The notes beneath the pieces were generated by a model. It was not told the origin of the DNA. It saw nothing but the letters and a program-made list of their open reading frames with translations, and searched no databases. The position numbers and the translations under genes are program-made. This document shows positions 1 to 13,918 of a stretch of 64,000 nucleotides of DNA, one piece after another (the first letter of the stretch is position 1; every line of letters starts with the position of its first letter). The stretch comes from Chiloscyllium plagiosum (lineage: Eukaryota), in NCBI RefSeq assembly GCF_004010195.1, contig NC_057755.1, positions 1,353,306-1,417,305 on the forward strand. The letters are read 5' to 3'.

Positions 1-1261
1 TTAGTTTCTTGCATACTTCAATTAGATCTTCCCCAATTCCCCCTAGTGAATCTGGGCCGAAGCTGTTCAGTCTCTCCTCATAAGATAAGCCTTTCATCTC
101 TGGAATTAACCAAGTGGACTTTCTCTGAACTGCAGTCAGTCTTATTCCAGTTATGTCCTAGTGTTCAGGAATGCCAAGTAAATTACATTTGAATGGTTGT
201 AATCGATTCGAACTAAACTTATTTTCCATATGCCATCGAATTGCTTTATTTATTTGATGCACATAGAATTTATTGTAGAATTGAAAGATAAAACGCTGCA
301 GGATCACCTCACATTTGCCTGGATTGAACTCCATATCTGCGACTTCTCTGCCCAACTCCCCAGTCTATCTATATTCTCCTGTATTCATTGACAGTAAAAC
401 CATAACCCTCACCCTAATCTTATGCGTAATTGGCACAGAACCACTCTGTGATCATAGATTTCAAATCTATTGAGGTATATATTGGAATAGCATGATTTAA
501 AATAGCAAGAGGAAACATCAACTTTCCTTGTGAAATAACTCACAGAAGAATCAACAACTAAATTTCATGTTGAAACCATTCAAAAGAAAACAAATATTAG
601 TCAAAATTGATCACAAATGGAATGATAAAGAACATGTCTAACTCTGAACAGTACAAATTCAAGAGTTACCCTTACTTCTCTAAAATTTTGTAACTATCTT
701 AAAAAGTGCATTCTCTGGTTTATTAACAATCATTTCACATTATGTAAACGCTGGCGCAATTGTGGAGTCTGTAATATGTAGGGAACTGTGGAGAACATAT
801 CAGTACACAGGTGATCAGTTCAGAATTTGCAGTAGACTTAACAAACTTTACACTGTAATGAAGCAATCAAGGAGCTCACAGAATTCATCACATAAGCAGG
901 CATTTCCCTATCCCCATAACCCTTCAACGTATTACTAGTTAAAAATCTATCTCCGACTTAAATTTGTTCTGTGTTCCAGCATTTCTACGGGAGTGAATTC
1001 CACAGATTCATAACCCTATTAGAGGAGGAATTCCTCTAAGCAATAACGTAAGCAACAACATTGTTGATTTCGAACACATAATCACAGTTCAGGAGAGGTG
1101 GTGAAAATCTTGTTTAAAATCTGGGTTTCCAAAGGAGAATGGAGGCGAGACAATGGATGGTGAAAGGGGAACCTTATAACTTAGGTCACATGCCTGGACA
1201 ATGGTGGCACAATTAAAATCTGGGACTAAAACACATAAGATGTAGAGAAGTGCGGAAATAG

Positions 1262-2400
1262 TAGAACAAAGAACAAAACAATTTACAGCCCGGGAGCAGG
1301 CCCTTCAACCCTCCAAGCTTGTGCCAATCCCAATCCACTGTCTAAACCTATCTCCCAATTCCTCAGGATCTGTAGCCCTCTGCTCCCCACCTATTCATGT
1401 ATCTGTCCAGACGCAAGTTAAATGTATCTACCATGCCTGCCTCTACTACATCTGCTGACAATGCATTCCAGGTACCTTCCACCCTCTGTGTAAAGTACTT
1501 TCCGTGTGTATCCCCATTAAACTTTGCTCCTCTCACCTTGAATGCGTGCTCTCTCGTTATTGAATCCCCCACCCTGGGAAAAAAAAAGCTTATCTCTATC
1601 CATCCTGTTTATACCCTTCATGATTTTGTAGACCTCAATCAGGTCCTCTCTCAATCTCCTTTTTATTAATGAAATAAGCCTAACCTACTCAAACTCTCTT
1701 CATGGCTAGCACCTTCCATAGCAAGAAACATCCTTGTAAACCTTCTCTGCACCATCTCCAAACCACCACATCCTTTTGGTAATGTGACGACCAGAACCGT
1801 ACACAGTATTTTAAATGCGGCCGAACCAATGTCAGTTACAATTTTAACATGACCTAGCAACTCATATAGGCATACTCCGTCCGATGAAGGCAAACATTCC
1901 ATCTGCCTTCTTGACCACTCTATCCGCCTGTGCAGCCACCTTCACAGTACAATGGACCTGAGCTCCCAGATATCGTTCCTCATCAACTTTTTCCAAGGCT
2001 CTTCCATTTACAGTATAGTTCGCTCTAGAATTAGACCTTCCAAAATGCAACACCTCGCATTTGTCTGGATTGAACTCCATATCTGCGACTCCTCCGCCCA
2101 ACTCCCCAGTCTATCTATATTCTCCTTTATTCTTTGACAGTCCTTATGCTTTGTGATATTCCACCAATCTTCGTGTCATCGGCAAATTTACCGATCAGAC
2201 CACCAATCCCAGATTATTTATGTATATCACAAACAACAGTGGCCCCAGCACTAATCCCTGTGGATCACCACTGGTCACCTTTCTCCATTTCGAGAAACAC
2301 CCATCAACTGCTACTCTCTATCTTCTGTTGCTCAACCAGTTATGTATCCACCTAGCTCGAACACCTTGCACACCACGTGACTTCACTTTCTCCATTAGTT
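1262..2400 (-). mobile_element. CR1 LINE 3' fragment
   Basis: RT C-terminal remnants (FADDTK region, MEFNPDKCEVLHFGR, FTQRV) and a (AGAAC)-type tail at ~1262. Confidence 0.85.
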
Positions 2401-2645
2401 CACCAATAGAGTGATCCAGAGTTGGACAATTTTACAGGGATTAGCAGTGGTGGAAATAGAGAGGGATATGTCAACAAGATTTCTTTAAACATGATTGGTC
2501 CCATGACTGGTCAGTCTAGTAAGCCAGTGGGCAATAATTTGATAAGTGAACAGGACATTTTAAATGTTAGGATACAGTGACTGAGATTCTGGTGAACTGG
2601 GAAAGGTTTCAATGTAGGTGCCATGAGAAAGACAACAGTATAGAA

Positions 2646-3244
2646 TGTGACGATGCTGCTCCTTTAACAAGATTATGTTTTCTTGTTGTTTATTTCAAAA
2701 GGGGTCTTAAAAGGCAGAGGTACTGATTTGTCTGAAACGATGCCTAACAGGATTGCCTAAGGTAATAATCAGAAAAACAGATTTTCAGTTCTTCTTAAAA
2801 ATAAGACACTGGTACAATGAAAGGGGCGTGACCAGTTCTCCTGGTTCAGGGGTTTTTCTAGTTTGATTTAGTTTTCAGCTGGGGACCCAAAGAAACATCT
2901 ACAGTGAGAAGAGGCTCCATGCTGATTCTGTCTCTGATATCTCTCTTATAGAAACGTGTATTTGAATTTACCTTTTTTGCTAAGGGATGTTGTAGGAAAT
3001 TAGAACAGCATCATTAAGTTGCGATAGAGTTAGTTGGGCTTTCAGATAGGTTTTAAGTTATTCCATATTCTATTCTGTTTTGTTTGTGTTTCATCTGCTA
3101 GTCTGTGAACAAATTCTGTTTTGTTTAAAGCTGAGTCATTTGACTAGCTGCATCACTCCTGGAATATCCACTATACACATGCTTAAAACAATTGGAAACA
3201 TTAGGGCCTCAGCTACGTTTGGAGAGAGTCTGGTCTGGCCCCTA
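2646..3244 (+). mobile_element. Degenerate solo LTR
   Basis: Starts TGTGAC, shares blocks with 9756-10386 (gctgctcctt, tctggtctggcc), possible AGAA TSD. Confidence 0.5.
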
Positions 3245-3602
3245 AGAATAAGCATTTTAGCATTATACGTCGTAACATGTTAGATGGGTAACATTCTGCA
3301 AAAAAAAATTCTTTTTCTTATAAGAGAACTGACTCACTGGACAAGGTTATAACTTGGAGTTTCAGGGAAGCTATACATCAATGGCTAATATAACACAGCA
3401 CATCAAACCAATACTCCCTACTTGGAAATTGGAAAGAAAAATTGCAAGACTTGGAAAATATTCAAAGGCAGCATTTGCGAAGATGGAATCATTGATAATG
3501 ATTCATATTGGTGACCTCTCAGCAGAACAATGCAGAGCCTGGAGCACTTTCATCACAAACGTATATTGACTGAATCACTTCTGATCAGGGATATGCAAAC
3601 CT

Positions 3603-3719
3603 TCAATTATTGAATTCCTTATCTAACCAGAAGCTGGTGAGACCGATGTTCCAACCAGAGAGGGACAGTTGAAAGGCAGCAAAGAAAATTATTATCCAAT
3701 GATAACTGGACATGCAAGT
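3603..3719 (-). CDS. Terminal coding exon: MS4A TM4 (TCMSSYHWIIIFFAAFQLSLSGWNIGLTSFWLDKEFNN*)
   Basis: Acceptor gtttctgttctcttacag, phase 0; hydrophobic helix with the mid-helix Q/E typical of MS4A TM4; TGA at 3605-3603. Confidence 0.75.
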   Translation of the reverse strand, partial: TCMSSYHWIIIFFAAFQLSLSGWNIGLTSFWLDKEFNN

Positions 3720-6700
3720 CTGTAAGAGAACAGAAACATTGCCATGAACGGTGTGAAAATTGCATAATTACCCATCCCTAATTAACCAGAGGGCAGTTAA
3801 GAGTCAACCACATTGCAGGGGGAAGGGCTGGAGACACATAGAGGTCAGACCAGGTAAGGATGAGTTGATAAAACATGGCGCTGGAAAAAACACAGCAGTT
3901 CAGGCAGCATCTGAGGTGCCAGAGAGTTGACATTTTGGGCATAACCCTTCTTCAGGACGAGGGACGGGGAAGAGGGCTGAGAGATAAATAGAGGGAGGGA
4001 GAGTGGGGCTAGAGAAAACGTCGGTGGGATGGGAAAACGTAGATGATTTTGATAGGTTGGTGGGAAGTGTGGATCGGATAGGTGGAAAGAAAGATGGTCA
4101 GGGCAAAAGGGCGGAGCTTGCTAAGAGGTTTGGAGGGATGGGTAGATTTGGAAACTGGTGAATTCAGTGTCAAAGCCATGTGATTGTTGGTTCTCGAGAT
4201 GAAAGATGAGGTGTTCCTCCTCCAGTTTGTGGGTTGCCTTGAGTAGGCGGCGAAGGATGCACATGCAATCGAGGGAGTGGGAGGGGGAGTTGAAATGGAT
4301 GACGACAGGAATGTGAGGTTAGTTAGTTGTAAGGACCCGGAATGATCCCTGACCTGTTCTGCGATTTCAGCAAACAAAAACAAATTACCGCAGAAACTCA
4401 GCAGGTCTGTCAGCATCTGTGGAGAGAGAAACAGAGTCAACGTTTCAGGTCCTCGTTCTGAAAACGGGTCACAGAACTCTGAAAGTTATTTTCTCTCCCC
4501 ACAGATGTGGCCAGACCTGCTGTGTTTCTCCAGCAATTTTTGTTTGCTTGTTTCAAATCTCCAGTTCCTGATTTTGTTTCAGGTAAAGGTAAGGCGACAT
4601 TTACCTGAATAAGCCCTTCTTCAGGAATGAGGAAGGTGTGCCAAGCAGGCTAAGATAAAAGCTAGGGAGGAGGGACTTGGGGGAGGGGCATTGGGAATGC
4701 GATAGGTGGAAGGAGGTTCAGGTGTGGGTGATGGGCTGGAGAGGGGGTGGGGCGGAGAGGTCGTGAAGAAGTTTGCAGGTCAAGAAGGTGGTGCTGAGTC
4801 CGAGGGTTGGGACTGAGATAAGGTGGGGGGAGGGGAAATGAGAAAGCTGGAGAAATCTGCATTCATCCCTTGTGTTTGCAGAGTTCCTAGGCGGAAGATG
4901 AGGCACTCTTCCTCCAGGCATCATGTTGCCATGGTCTGGCGATGGAGGAGGCCAAGGACCTGCATGGGTAAGGCGACATTTACCTGAATAAGCCCTTCTT
5001 CAGGAATGAGGAAGGTGTGCCAAGCAGGCTAAGATAAAAGCTAGGGAGGAGGGACTTGGGGGAGGGGCATTGGGAATGCGATAGGTGGAAGGAGGTTCAG
5101 GTGTGGGTGATGGGCTGGAGAGGGGGTGGGGCGGAGAGGTCGTGAAGAAGTTTGCAGGTCAAGAAGGTGGTGCTGAGTCCGAGGGTTGGGACTGAGATAA
5201 GGTGGGGGGAGGGGAAATGAGGAAGCTGGAGAAATCTTCATTCATCCCTTGTGTTTGGAGGGTTCCTAGGCGGAAGATGAGGCGCTCTTCCCCCAGGCGT
5301 CGTGTTGCCATGGTCTGGCGATGGAGGAGTCCAAGGACCTGTATGTCCTTGCTGGAGTGGGAGGGGAGTTAAAGTGTTCACCCACGTGGCGGATGGGATG
5401 GTTGGTGCGGGTGTCCCAGAGGTGTTCTCTGAAACGCTCCATAAGTAGGTGGCCTGTCTCCCCAATGTAGAGGAGGCCGCATCGGGTGCAGCAGATGCAG
5501 TAAATGAGGTGCAGACGAATTTGTGACGGACATGGAAGGATCCCTTGGGGCCTTGGAGGGAAGTGAGGGGGGAGGTGTGGGCACAAGTTTTGCATTTCTT
5601 GCGGTTGCAGGGGAAGGTGCCGGGAGTGGAGGTTGGGTTAGTGGAGGGTGTGGATCTGATGAGGGAGTCACGGAGGCAGTGGTCTTTCCTGAATGCTGAT
5701 AGGGGAGGGGAGGGAAATATATCCTTGGTGGTGGGGTCTGTTTGGAGGTAGCAGAAATGACGAAGGATGAAACAATGTTTCTGGAGGTTGGTGGGGTGGT
5801 AGGTGAGGACCAGTGGGGTTCTGTCCTGGTGGCGACTGGAAGGGCGGGGTTCAAGGGCGGAGGACTGGGAAGTGGAGGAAATGCGGTGGAGAGCATCGTC
5901 AACCACGTCTGAGGGAAAATTACGGTCTTTAAAGAAGGAGGCCATCTGGGTTGTTCAGTATTGGAATTGGTCCTCCTGGGAGCAGATGTGGTGGAGGCGA
6001 AGGAATTGGGAATATTGGGTAGGCGTTTTTACAGGGGGCAGGGTGGGAGGAGGTGTAATCTAGGTAGCTGTGGGAGTCAGTCCCAGGACTCCTCCTTGGC
6101 ACACCTTCTTCATTCCTGAAGAAGGGCTTATGCCCGAAACGTCGATTCTCCTGCTCCTTGGATGCTGCCTGACCTGCTGCCTTTTTCCAGCAAAACATTT
6201 TTCAGCTCTGATCTCCAGCATCTGCAGTCCTCACTTTCTCCTCAGGTAAAGGTAGCAGTTTCTGGCATGAGTGAACTACTTTTTTTCCCTGACAATCAAC
6301 AACGTTTTTCGGCCCTTCCCCATTTGACTTAATTCCAGGTTTTTATTCAGTTCAAATTCAACCATGGCGGGTTTGAATGCAGGTCCCCAGAATTTTACCT
6401 TGGCTTCTAGTTTCACAGTCTAGCAATAATGTCATTAACTCATCACTTGCCCAGTGAGTGAGGAATTTAGCTTTGTTGACAGTATTCACTGTATAGGCAA
6501 AAGTGAGCACTGCAGATGCTGGAAATCAGAGTGCAGATTTGAGTGTTGCTGGAAAAGCACAGCAGGTCAGGCAGCATCCGCTGAGCAGGAAAATCGACGT
6601 TTTGGGCAAAAGCCCTTCATTCTGTTTCCCTCTTGATAGTTGCTGCCAGACCAGATGAGTTTCTGTGAGCAATTTCCATTTTGCTTCCAGATTTCCAGCA

Positions 6701-9700
6701 TCCATAATTCTTCATTTCGCTCCAGAAATTGCACACCTCTGAAGAATGTGGGATTTAACCCTGGGTCTCCTGATGCAAGGGTAGGGACACTATCACTGCA
6801 TCGTAAGTGTTCTCAGCCAATGGTGTACAATGCTAGGCACACTGAAATTAATCGATTAGGCCAGAAAATCTGTCCCCCTTTCATTATTCACCATCAGCTG
6901 TAGCCATCCCTCGATTCCCAAGAGAACGAATCTCGTTTCTTCTTATGCTTATTTACTTCATACAATGGCAGAGACGAAAAGATTAAAAGTTGAGCTGCAA
7001 ACCATTTGATGACGTTCTCCCATAGCCAACAGGTTACAGAGTGAGATGTTGAACCAGAATTGTCATAGAAGAATAGAAGTTGAAACTTTATTGCTGGAAC
7101 AGCACAGCAGGTCAGGCAGCATCCAGGGAACAGGAGATTCGACGTTTCGGGCACAGGCCCTTCTTCAGGTTCCTGAAGAAGGGCCTGTGCCCGAAACGTC
7201 GAATCTCCTGTTCCCTGGATGCTGCCTGACCTGCTGTGCTGTTCCAGCAATAAAGTTTCAACTTTGATCTCCAGCATCTGCAGACCTCACTTTCTCCTCC
7301 ATAGAAGAATAGAATCCTTACTGTGCGGAAGCAGGCCATTCAGCCCATCAAGTGTACACTGACCCGCCAAAGAGCATCACACCGACCCTATCCCTGTAAC
7401 CCCTGTGTTTGCCATGGCCAAATCCACCTAGCCCACATATCTGTGGACCCTATAGGGCAATTTCATATGGCCAATCCACATAGCCCACATATCCCTGCAC
7501 CCTATGGGGCAATTTCGCATGGCCAATCCCCCTAACCTGCATGGCTTGGGATTGTGGAAGGAAACCAAAGGGAACCCACATAGACACAGAGTATGCGCAA
7601 ACCTCCATGCATGCAGTCACCTGTGCGTGGAATTGAACCTGCATTCCTGGTACAGTGAGGCAGCAATACTAACCTCTGAGCCACCATACCAATTACGCTT
7701 GAAGTATGAGAAAGAAAGTCAGACAGCAAGCCCAGAATTATGTATCAAAAACGAATTTGGATGACCTCATTCACAAAAATACAAAGCATCTTTCGACATT
7801 AGTAGGAAATGTAAATATGGTATTGTTTTGTTTCCTGTATTCTCCTGGCAACGGATTGGGGTGGTCCTTTGAAAAATAACAATTGTGAAAGGACTTGCTG
7901 GGGTTTTAGAAACAAGTTACTGGTGCACATTGGTTTCATGTTCACACCATTGGTTTTGTTTCAAACAGCAGTGAAAGCCCTTGGTCAGTTTTCATCGAAG
8001 GAAAAATGAAGCATGAATCCAACGATGTATTTTTACTGGAAGCATAAAAAGGGGTGGCATGGCAGATCAGTGGTTAGCGCTGCTACTGCACAGTGCCAGG
8101 GAGCCGGGTTTAATTCCAGCTTTGAACGACTGTCTGTATGGAGTTTGCTCGATCTCCCAGTGTCTGCGTAGTTTTCCTCTGGGTGCTCTGGCTTTCTCCC
8201 GCAGTCCAAAGATGTGCAGGTTAGCGTGGAGTGGCCAAACTAAATTGTCCATAGTGTTCAGGGATGTGCAGGTTAGGGTAGATTGGCTGTGCTAAACTAC
8301 CCATGGTGTTCAGTGATATGCAGGTTAGGGTGGATTGGCTGTGCTAAATTGGCCCGTAGTGTTCAGGGATGCATACGCGAAGTGCATTTGCCAGGGGTAA
8401 ATGTAGAGTAATAGAGTCAGGGAATGGGTCCAGGTGGGATACTCTTCGGACGATCAGTGTGGACTTTTGGGCGGAGGGTTTGTTTCCACACAGTAGGGAC
8501 TCTATTTAAGGGCATCCGTGGGTCCATACCCACAATATTATGTCGAATTCTGGGCCCTATACGTTTTTGAGGAATGACTGGTGGTATGGTTTTGAGGAAC
8601 TGCAAAGTCTGATCATTGACTTCAGAAAGAAAGCAGGAGAACAAGCCCCACCTACACCAATGGAGCCGAGGTTGAGAACATCAAATTCTTGGGAGTGACA
8701 ATAACTGTCAATCTGTCCTGGACTTCCCAAGTAGATGCAATAGCCAAGAAGGCACAACAAAGGCGCTTCTTCCTCAGGTGGCTCAGGAAGTTCAGCATGT
8801 CCAAAGGATCCTCACCAACTTTTACAGATGCACCATTGAAAGTATAGTGTCCAGGTGAAGAACAGCCTTGTATGGCAACTGCTCTGTCCAGGACTGTCAA
8901 ATACTTCAGAAAGTTGTGTGCACCAGCCAGACTATCACAGAAGGGAAGCTCCTCCATGGACTCTATTTACACTTTTCATTACTGTGGAAAGGCTGCCATC
9001 ATTGTCAAGGACTCCTCCCATCCCCCCATTAGTACTCTCCTACACACCTCCTCCATATGGCAGAAGATACAGAAGCTTGAACACACACACACCAGCAGGC
9101 TCAGGAACAGTTTCTTCTGTGCTGTTGTTAGACTGCTGAATGGATCTCTCTGACTTCATATAATGTCAATTTGGCTCATATTGATCTTGCTTGAGACACG
9201 TTCCATGCAGTGTAACTTGTATGACTAACTCTGTAGAAGCAGTCTATGATCTGTATGCAACCTATGATCTGTCTGTCCTGCTCGCAAAACAAAGCTTTTC
9301 ACTGTACTAAGGTTCATCTGAGTATAATAAATTAAAGTCAAAATTCAACATCTGAGCAAATTCAAGCAATACTCCTTTGGTATGTGGGTCTGATTTTACT
9401 GAAACAATCGGAAGAAATGCAGTGAAACATAATGAGACGGAGAAGACAATTCTACTCTTGGGTGAATCAGGAAATAGCAGGCACAGTATTGAAATAAGCA
9501 TTTGAGATCGAAATTAAGAGAAGTGAATCTTAGAGAATGGCATTAATATATGGAATTCCATACCCCAGAGAGCTGCGCAGATTGAGTCACTAAATATATT
9601 AAAGGCTGAGATAGATGGTTTGTGAAACCATACGCAAAGTAAAAGCCTAGGGAACAGGGTGGTAGATGGAGTTGAATTCAGTATTATGGTTTTCTTGATC

Positions 9701-12700
9701 CTATTGAATAGGACATATTGGCCGAGCCCAACTCCTAACTACAATGGTCTTCTCTTGTCACAAAGCTGGTCTTTTTTTTTACTAAAAGCTGCTCCTTTTC
9801 CTAAAAATACTGCGTCTTTGGTTTTTCTTAAAAGGCTCGTAAACCAACTCCCAGTTCCGATTTGACTGGTTTGGTACAGAGATTAAAGGGTATTGAGAGA
9901 GCTTTTTGTTTGTATGTAAACAGATGCGACTTCAGGCCAAAGTGGTCATGTTTTAGAAGTGACTTGTATAATGTTAGCGAGTGGTCAGCTCTCTAGTAGA
10001 GCAGTTCAGACCAGCACTCGTTAGTAGTTCAACAGTGAGCTGTGTGGAAACAGGGTCTCTCCCCCTGTCTGCCCTTCTAACTTCAACCTGTAAGCATCTG
10101 TTCCAGTTTTACTGTATTTTTTGGGGGGGTTGCTTATTGGGACTGTTGTGCACATTGGGAACAGCATAATTAAGTCCAGTTTGGATAGCCTGATTTCTGT
10201 AGGGGTTCTTGGTATTTAATTGCGTAATTTTGTGAATAAATTTTTGTCTGTTTTAAAACCTGGTAGTCAACGTAGGTAACCTACTCCATGTAATTTTCAC
10301 TGTACACTTACCGAAACAAATTGCAAAGCTATGATCTGGGATGCTTGCTTAAGAATATTTTGAGCGGTCTGGCCTAGTCCAAAACACTCTCATGGACATT
10401 GTGCAATTGTCTAATATGTGTGACCGCAAATATTTATCTCTTTCATTTACTTGACTTGAGTGAATGCAAAATGAGCTGAGATGTAAAGCGGTTTGCACGC
10501 TTACTATTGCCTTGTTAATAGGAAGATCATGAGACCTCGGAGCATAGAGTTATACAATAGGGAAACAGACATTTAAGTGCAACCCATCCATGCCGACCAA
10601 GTTTCCCAAACTAAACCATTCCCACTTGCCTGTGTTTGTCCCATATCCCGCAAAACCTTTTGTATTCATGTTCCTTTCAAAATCTCTTTTAAATGTTGCA
10701 ACTGGACTTGCATCTACCACTTCCTCTGCATGAAAAAGCTGTCCCACAGGCTCCTTTTAAATCTTTATTCTCGCAACTTAAAAATATGGCCCCTAGTTTT
10801 GAATTCCACCACCTTAGGGTAAAGAAAAGACCTTTGCTATTCACCTCACCTACACTCCTCATAATTTTATAAACCTTGGTAAGGTCACTCCTCAACCTCC
10901 TGTTCTCCTGCGAAATAAGTGCCAGCCTATTATTTTAGAAATCAACCCTCCAGTCCTGGCAACACCTTGATAAATCTGTTCTGAACCCTCTCCATTGACT
11001 CATCAAGTCTTTCCACCATTCAATGAGATCATGGCTGATCTGGCAATCTTCAGTTTCAACCTCGTGGTTTTTTTCCCAAAGTCCATAATTTCTTCACTGA
11101 TTCAAAAAACTGTTTGTCTCAACATTCAATAAGGACGCATGGGATACAAGGAAATCTGGCTTTCTGGATACAGAATTGGTTGGCCCATGGCAGATAGAGG
11201 GTGGTAGTATTTGGAAAACAATCAGCCTGAAGCTCAGTGACCAGGGGTGCGCCAAAGGGGTCTGTTCTGGGACCTCTGCTCTTTGTGATTTTTCTAAATG
11301 CCTTGGATGAGGAAATGCAAGGATGGATTCATAAGTTTGCCAACGACCTGAAAGTTGGTAGAGTTGCAGATAGTGTGGAGGGCTGTTGTAAGTTGCAACG
11401 GGACATCGACAGGATGCAGACCTCGGCTGATAAGTGGCAGATGGAGTTCAACTTGAAAAAAGTGTGAAGTGATTCCTTTTGGAAGGTTGAATTTAAATGC
11501 AGATTACAGGGCTAAAGGTAGGATTCTTGGCAGTGTACAGGAACAGAATGATCTTGGGATCCACATCCATAGATCCTTCAAAGTTGACACCCAAGCTGAT
11601 AGGATTGCTAAGAAGGCGCATGCTATGTTGACTTTCATTAGCAGGGAGATTGAGTTTAAGAGCTGCGAGGTTACGCTGCAGCTCTATAAAGCCCTGTTGA
11701 GACCACACTTGGAATATTTTGTTCCGTTCTGGTCGCCATATTTTAGGAAGGATGTGAAAGCTTTAGAGAGGGTGCAGAGAAGATTTACCAGAATGGCTAC
11801 CTGAAATGGAAGGCATGTTTTATGAAGAAAGGTTGAGGGAGCTAGGGCTTTTTAAATTGGAGTGAAGAAGGATGAGACGTGACTTGATAGAGGTGCACAA
11901 GATGATGAGAGGCATTGATAGAGTGGAAAACCAGAGACTTTTGTCGAGGGCAAAAATGGCTATCACGAGGAGACATAATTATAAGGTGATTGGAGGAAGG
12001 TTTGGGAGATGGCAGTTTTAGGTTCTTTACTCTGAATGATGAATATGTGGGGAATACACTGCCTGCAGAGGTGGTATAGTCAGATACATTAGGGACATTT
12101 AATCAACTCTTGGATAGGCACATGGATGTTAGGAAAATGAAGGGTACGTAGGTTAATTTGATCTTAGAGTAGGATAAAAGGTCGGCATACCATAGAGGGC
12201 TGAAGGGCCTGCACTGTGTCAAACTGTTCTATATTCTATGTACTTCACAATGTAACTCTACAGCAGTCTGCAGTGAGAAATGGCACAGATTCACTGTCTC
12301 CTGAGGGATGAAATATATCTTTATCCCTGCTTTAAATGGGCACCCCCTTACTCCGAGATAATGGAAACTAGACCTAGGCTCTCCGGCAGGGAGAAGAAAT
12401 GTCTCAACATCAAGTCCTGCAGCATGGAAACAGGCTGATATCTAGACGCAGTGTGTATTAGGACAGGAAGCTGCATGTCAAAGAGGAGAGATTTAGTGTC
12501 AACAATGCTACTATCAGGCAAGAGTTATGGTTAACAGGCATCTCATCATTGCCCAGCAAGAATCTCAGGTCAATACCTCCAGCTTCGGTGGAAAATGTAG
12601 CTCGTTCCTCCAGAACTTGAGATAGGCCTCGTTGGCTGTGGGAAATAATCTCCCAGATTATTCCCACAGCCCACATCAGTCAGGCCCTTATCAGACGCCA

Positions 12701-13830
12701 CCTTTAGGGAGAGGGAAGACCAGAGGACAATTATAGGATGATCAGACCCATCATCAGATTTGGAAAAATGCTGAGATAGTGAAGTTGTAAGGCAAGACGT
12801 GGTATCAGAGACAGGAAGAAAGGCATTTAAGGTGAAGAGGTTTGCATTCAAGCCTTTGGTATAACCAAATACAACAAACGTAAGTAAATATATTGACTGC
12901 AGAGGACAAATACACCCGATTAGGAAAGTATCTAGCAAGACATTCTGCTATTAATATCAATAAACATCAATAATATGTATTTAATTTAACGAAGGAGCTT
13001 CACACTTTAGGCAAATGCAATCCAAATTGAACGTTCTCACCTTAATGTCACTAGTCTGTTCAATTCCATTCCAGATTGATAATCCAATTGACGCTAAAGT
13101 AATCAGCAAACCTATGATGTTCGAGACAAGTACAATACGTAACTGGAAAGGAGAGGTCAATCATTGGTTAACACGAGTCATTGAGTCATGCAACATGAAA
13201 CAGAACCTTCAGTCCAACTAGTCAATGACGAACATAATCCCAAACTGATCTATTCCCACCTACCTGCTGCCCACCTGCCCATATCCCTCCAAACCTTTTC
13301 TATTCATCTACTTGTCTTTAAATATTATAATTGTATCTGCATCCTTCATTCCACACACGATCCACTCTCTGTGTAAAATATTTGCCTCTCATATCCTTTT
13401 TAAGTCTCCCTGCTCTCACCTACTGTTTCTTATGACCCTGCCTCACTAGTTACCTGATGAAGGAGCAGCGCTCTAAAAGTTATGTTATGGACGAGGCCAG
13501 ACCACACAAAACATTCTTAAGCACGCAGCCCAGACCATAACTTTGCAATTTGTTTTGGTAAATGTACAGTGAAAATTACCCAGAGGAAGATAGCGAGGTT
13601 GACTACTCGATTAAAAACAAATAAAAATGTATTCACAAAATTGCAAAGTGAAACACCAAGAACAAAATAAGGAACCGCTACAGAACTCAGTCTATCAAAA
13701 TGAGGCTTCATTATGCTGTTCCGAATACATACAACAGTTGCAATAAGCAAACACCCTTAGAAACCAGTATAAATAAATGGAACAGATGTTTAGATGTTGA
13801 AGTTAGAAGGGCAGAGAGAGAGAAAAAGAG

Positions 13831-13918
<88 letters not shown>

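Noticed and set aside
3338..3420. Segment with acceptor-like and gtgagt donor-like sites downstream of the stop codon
   Set aside because: Stops in all three frames; at most untranslated.
8051..8125. tRNA-like sequences (also 25712, 40610, 25075)
   Set aside because: These are SINE heads with CR1-like tails, not complete tRNA genes.
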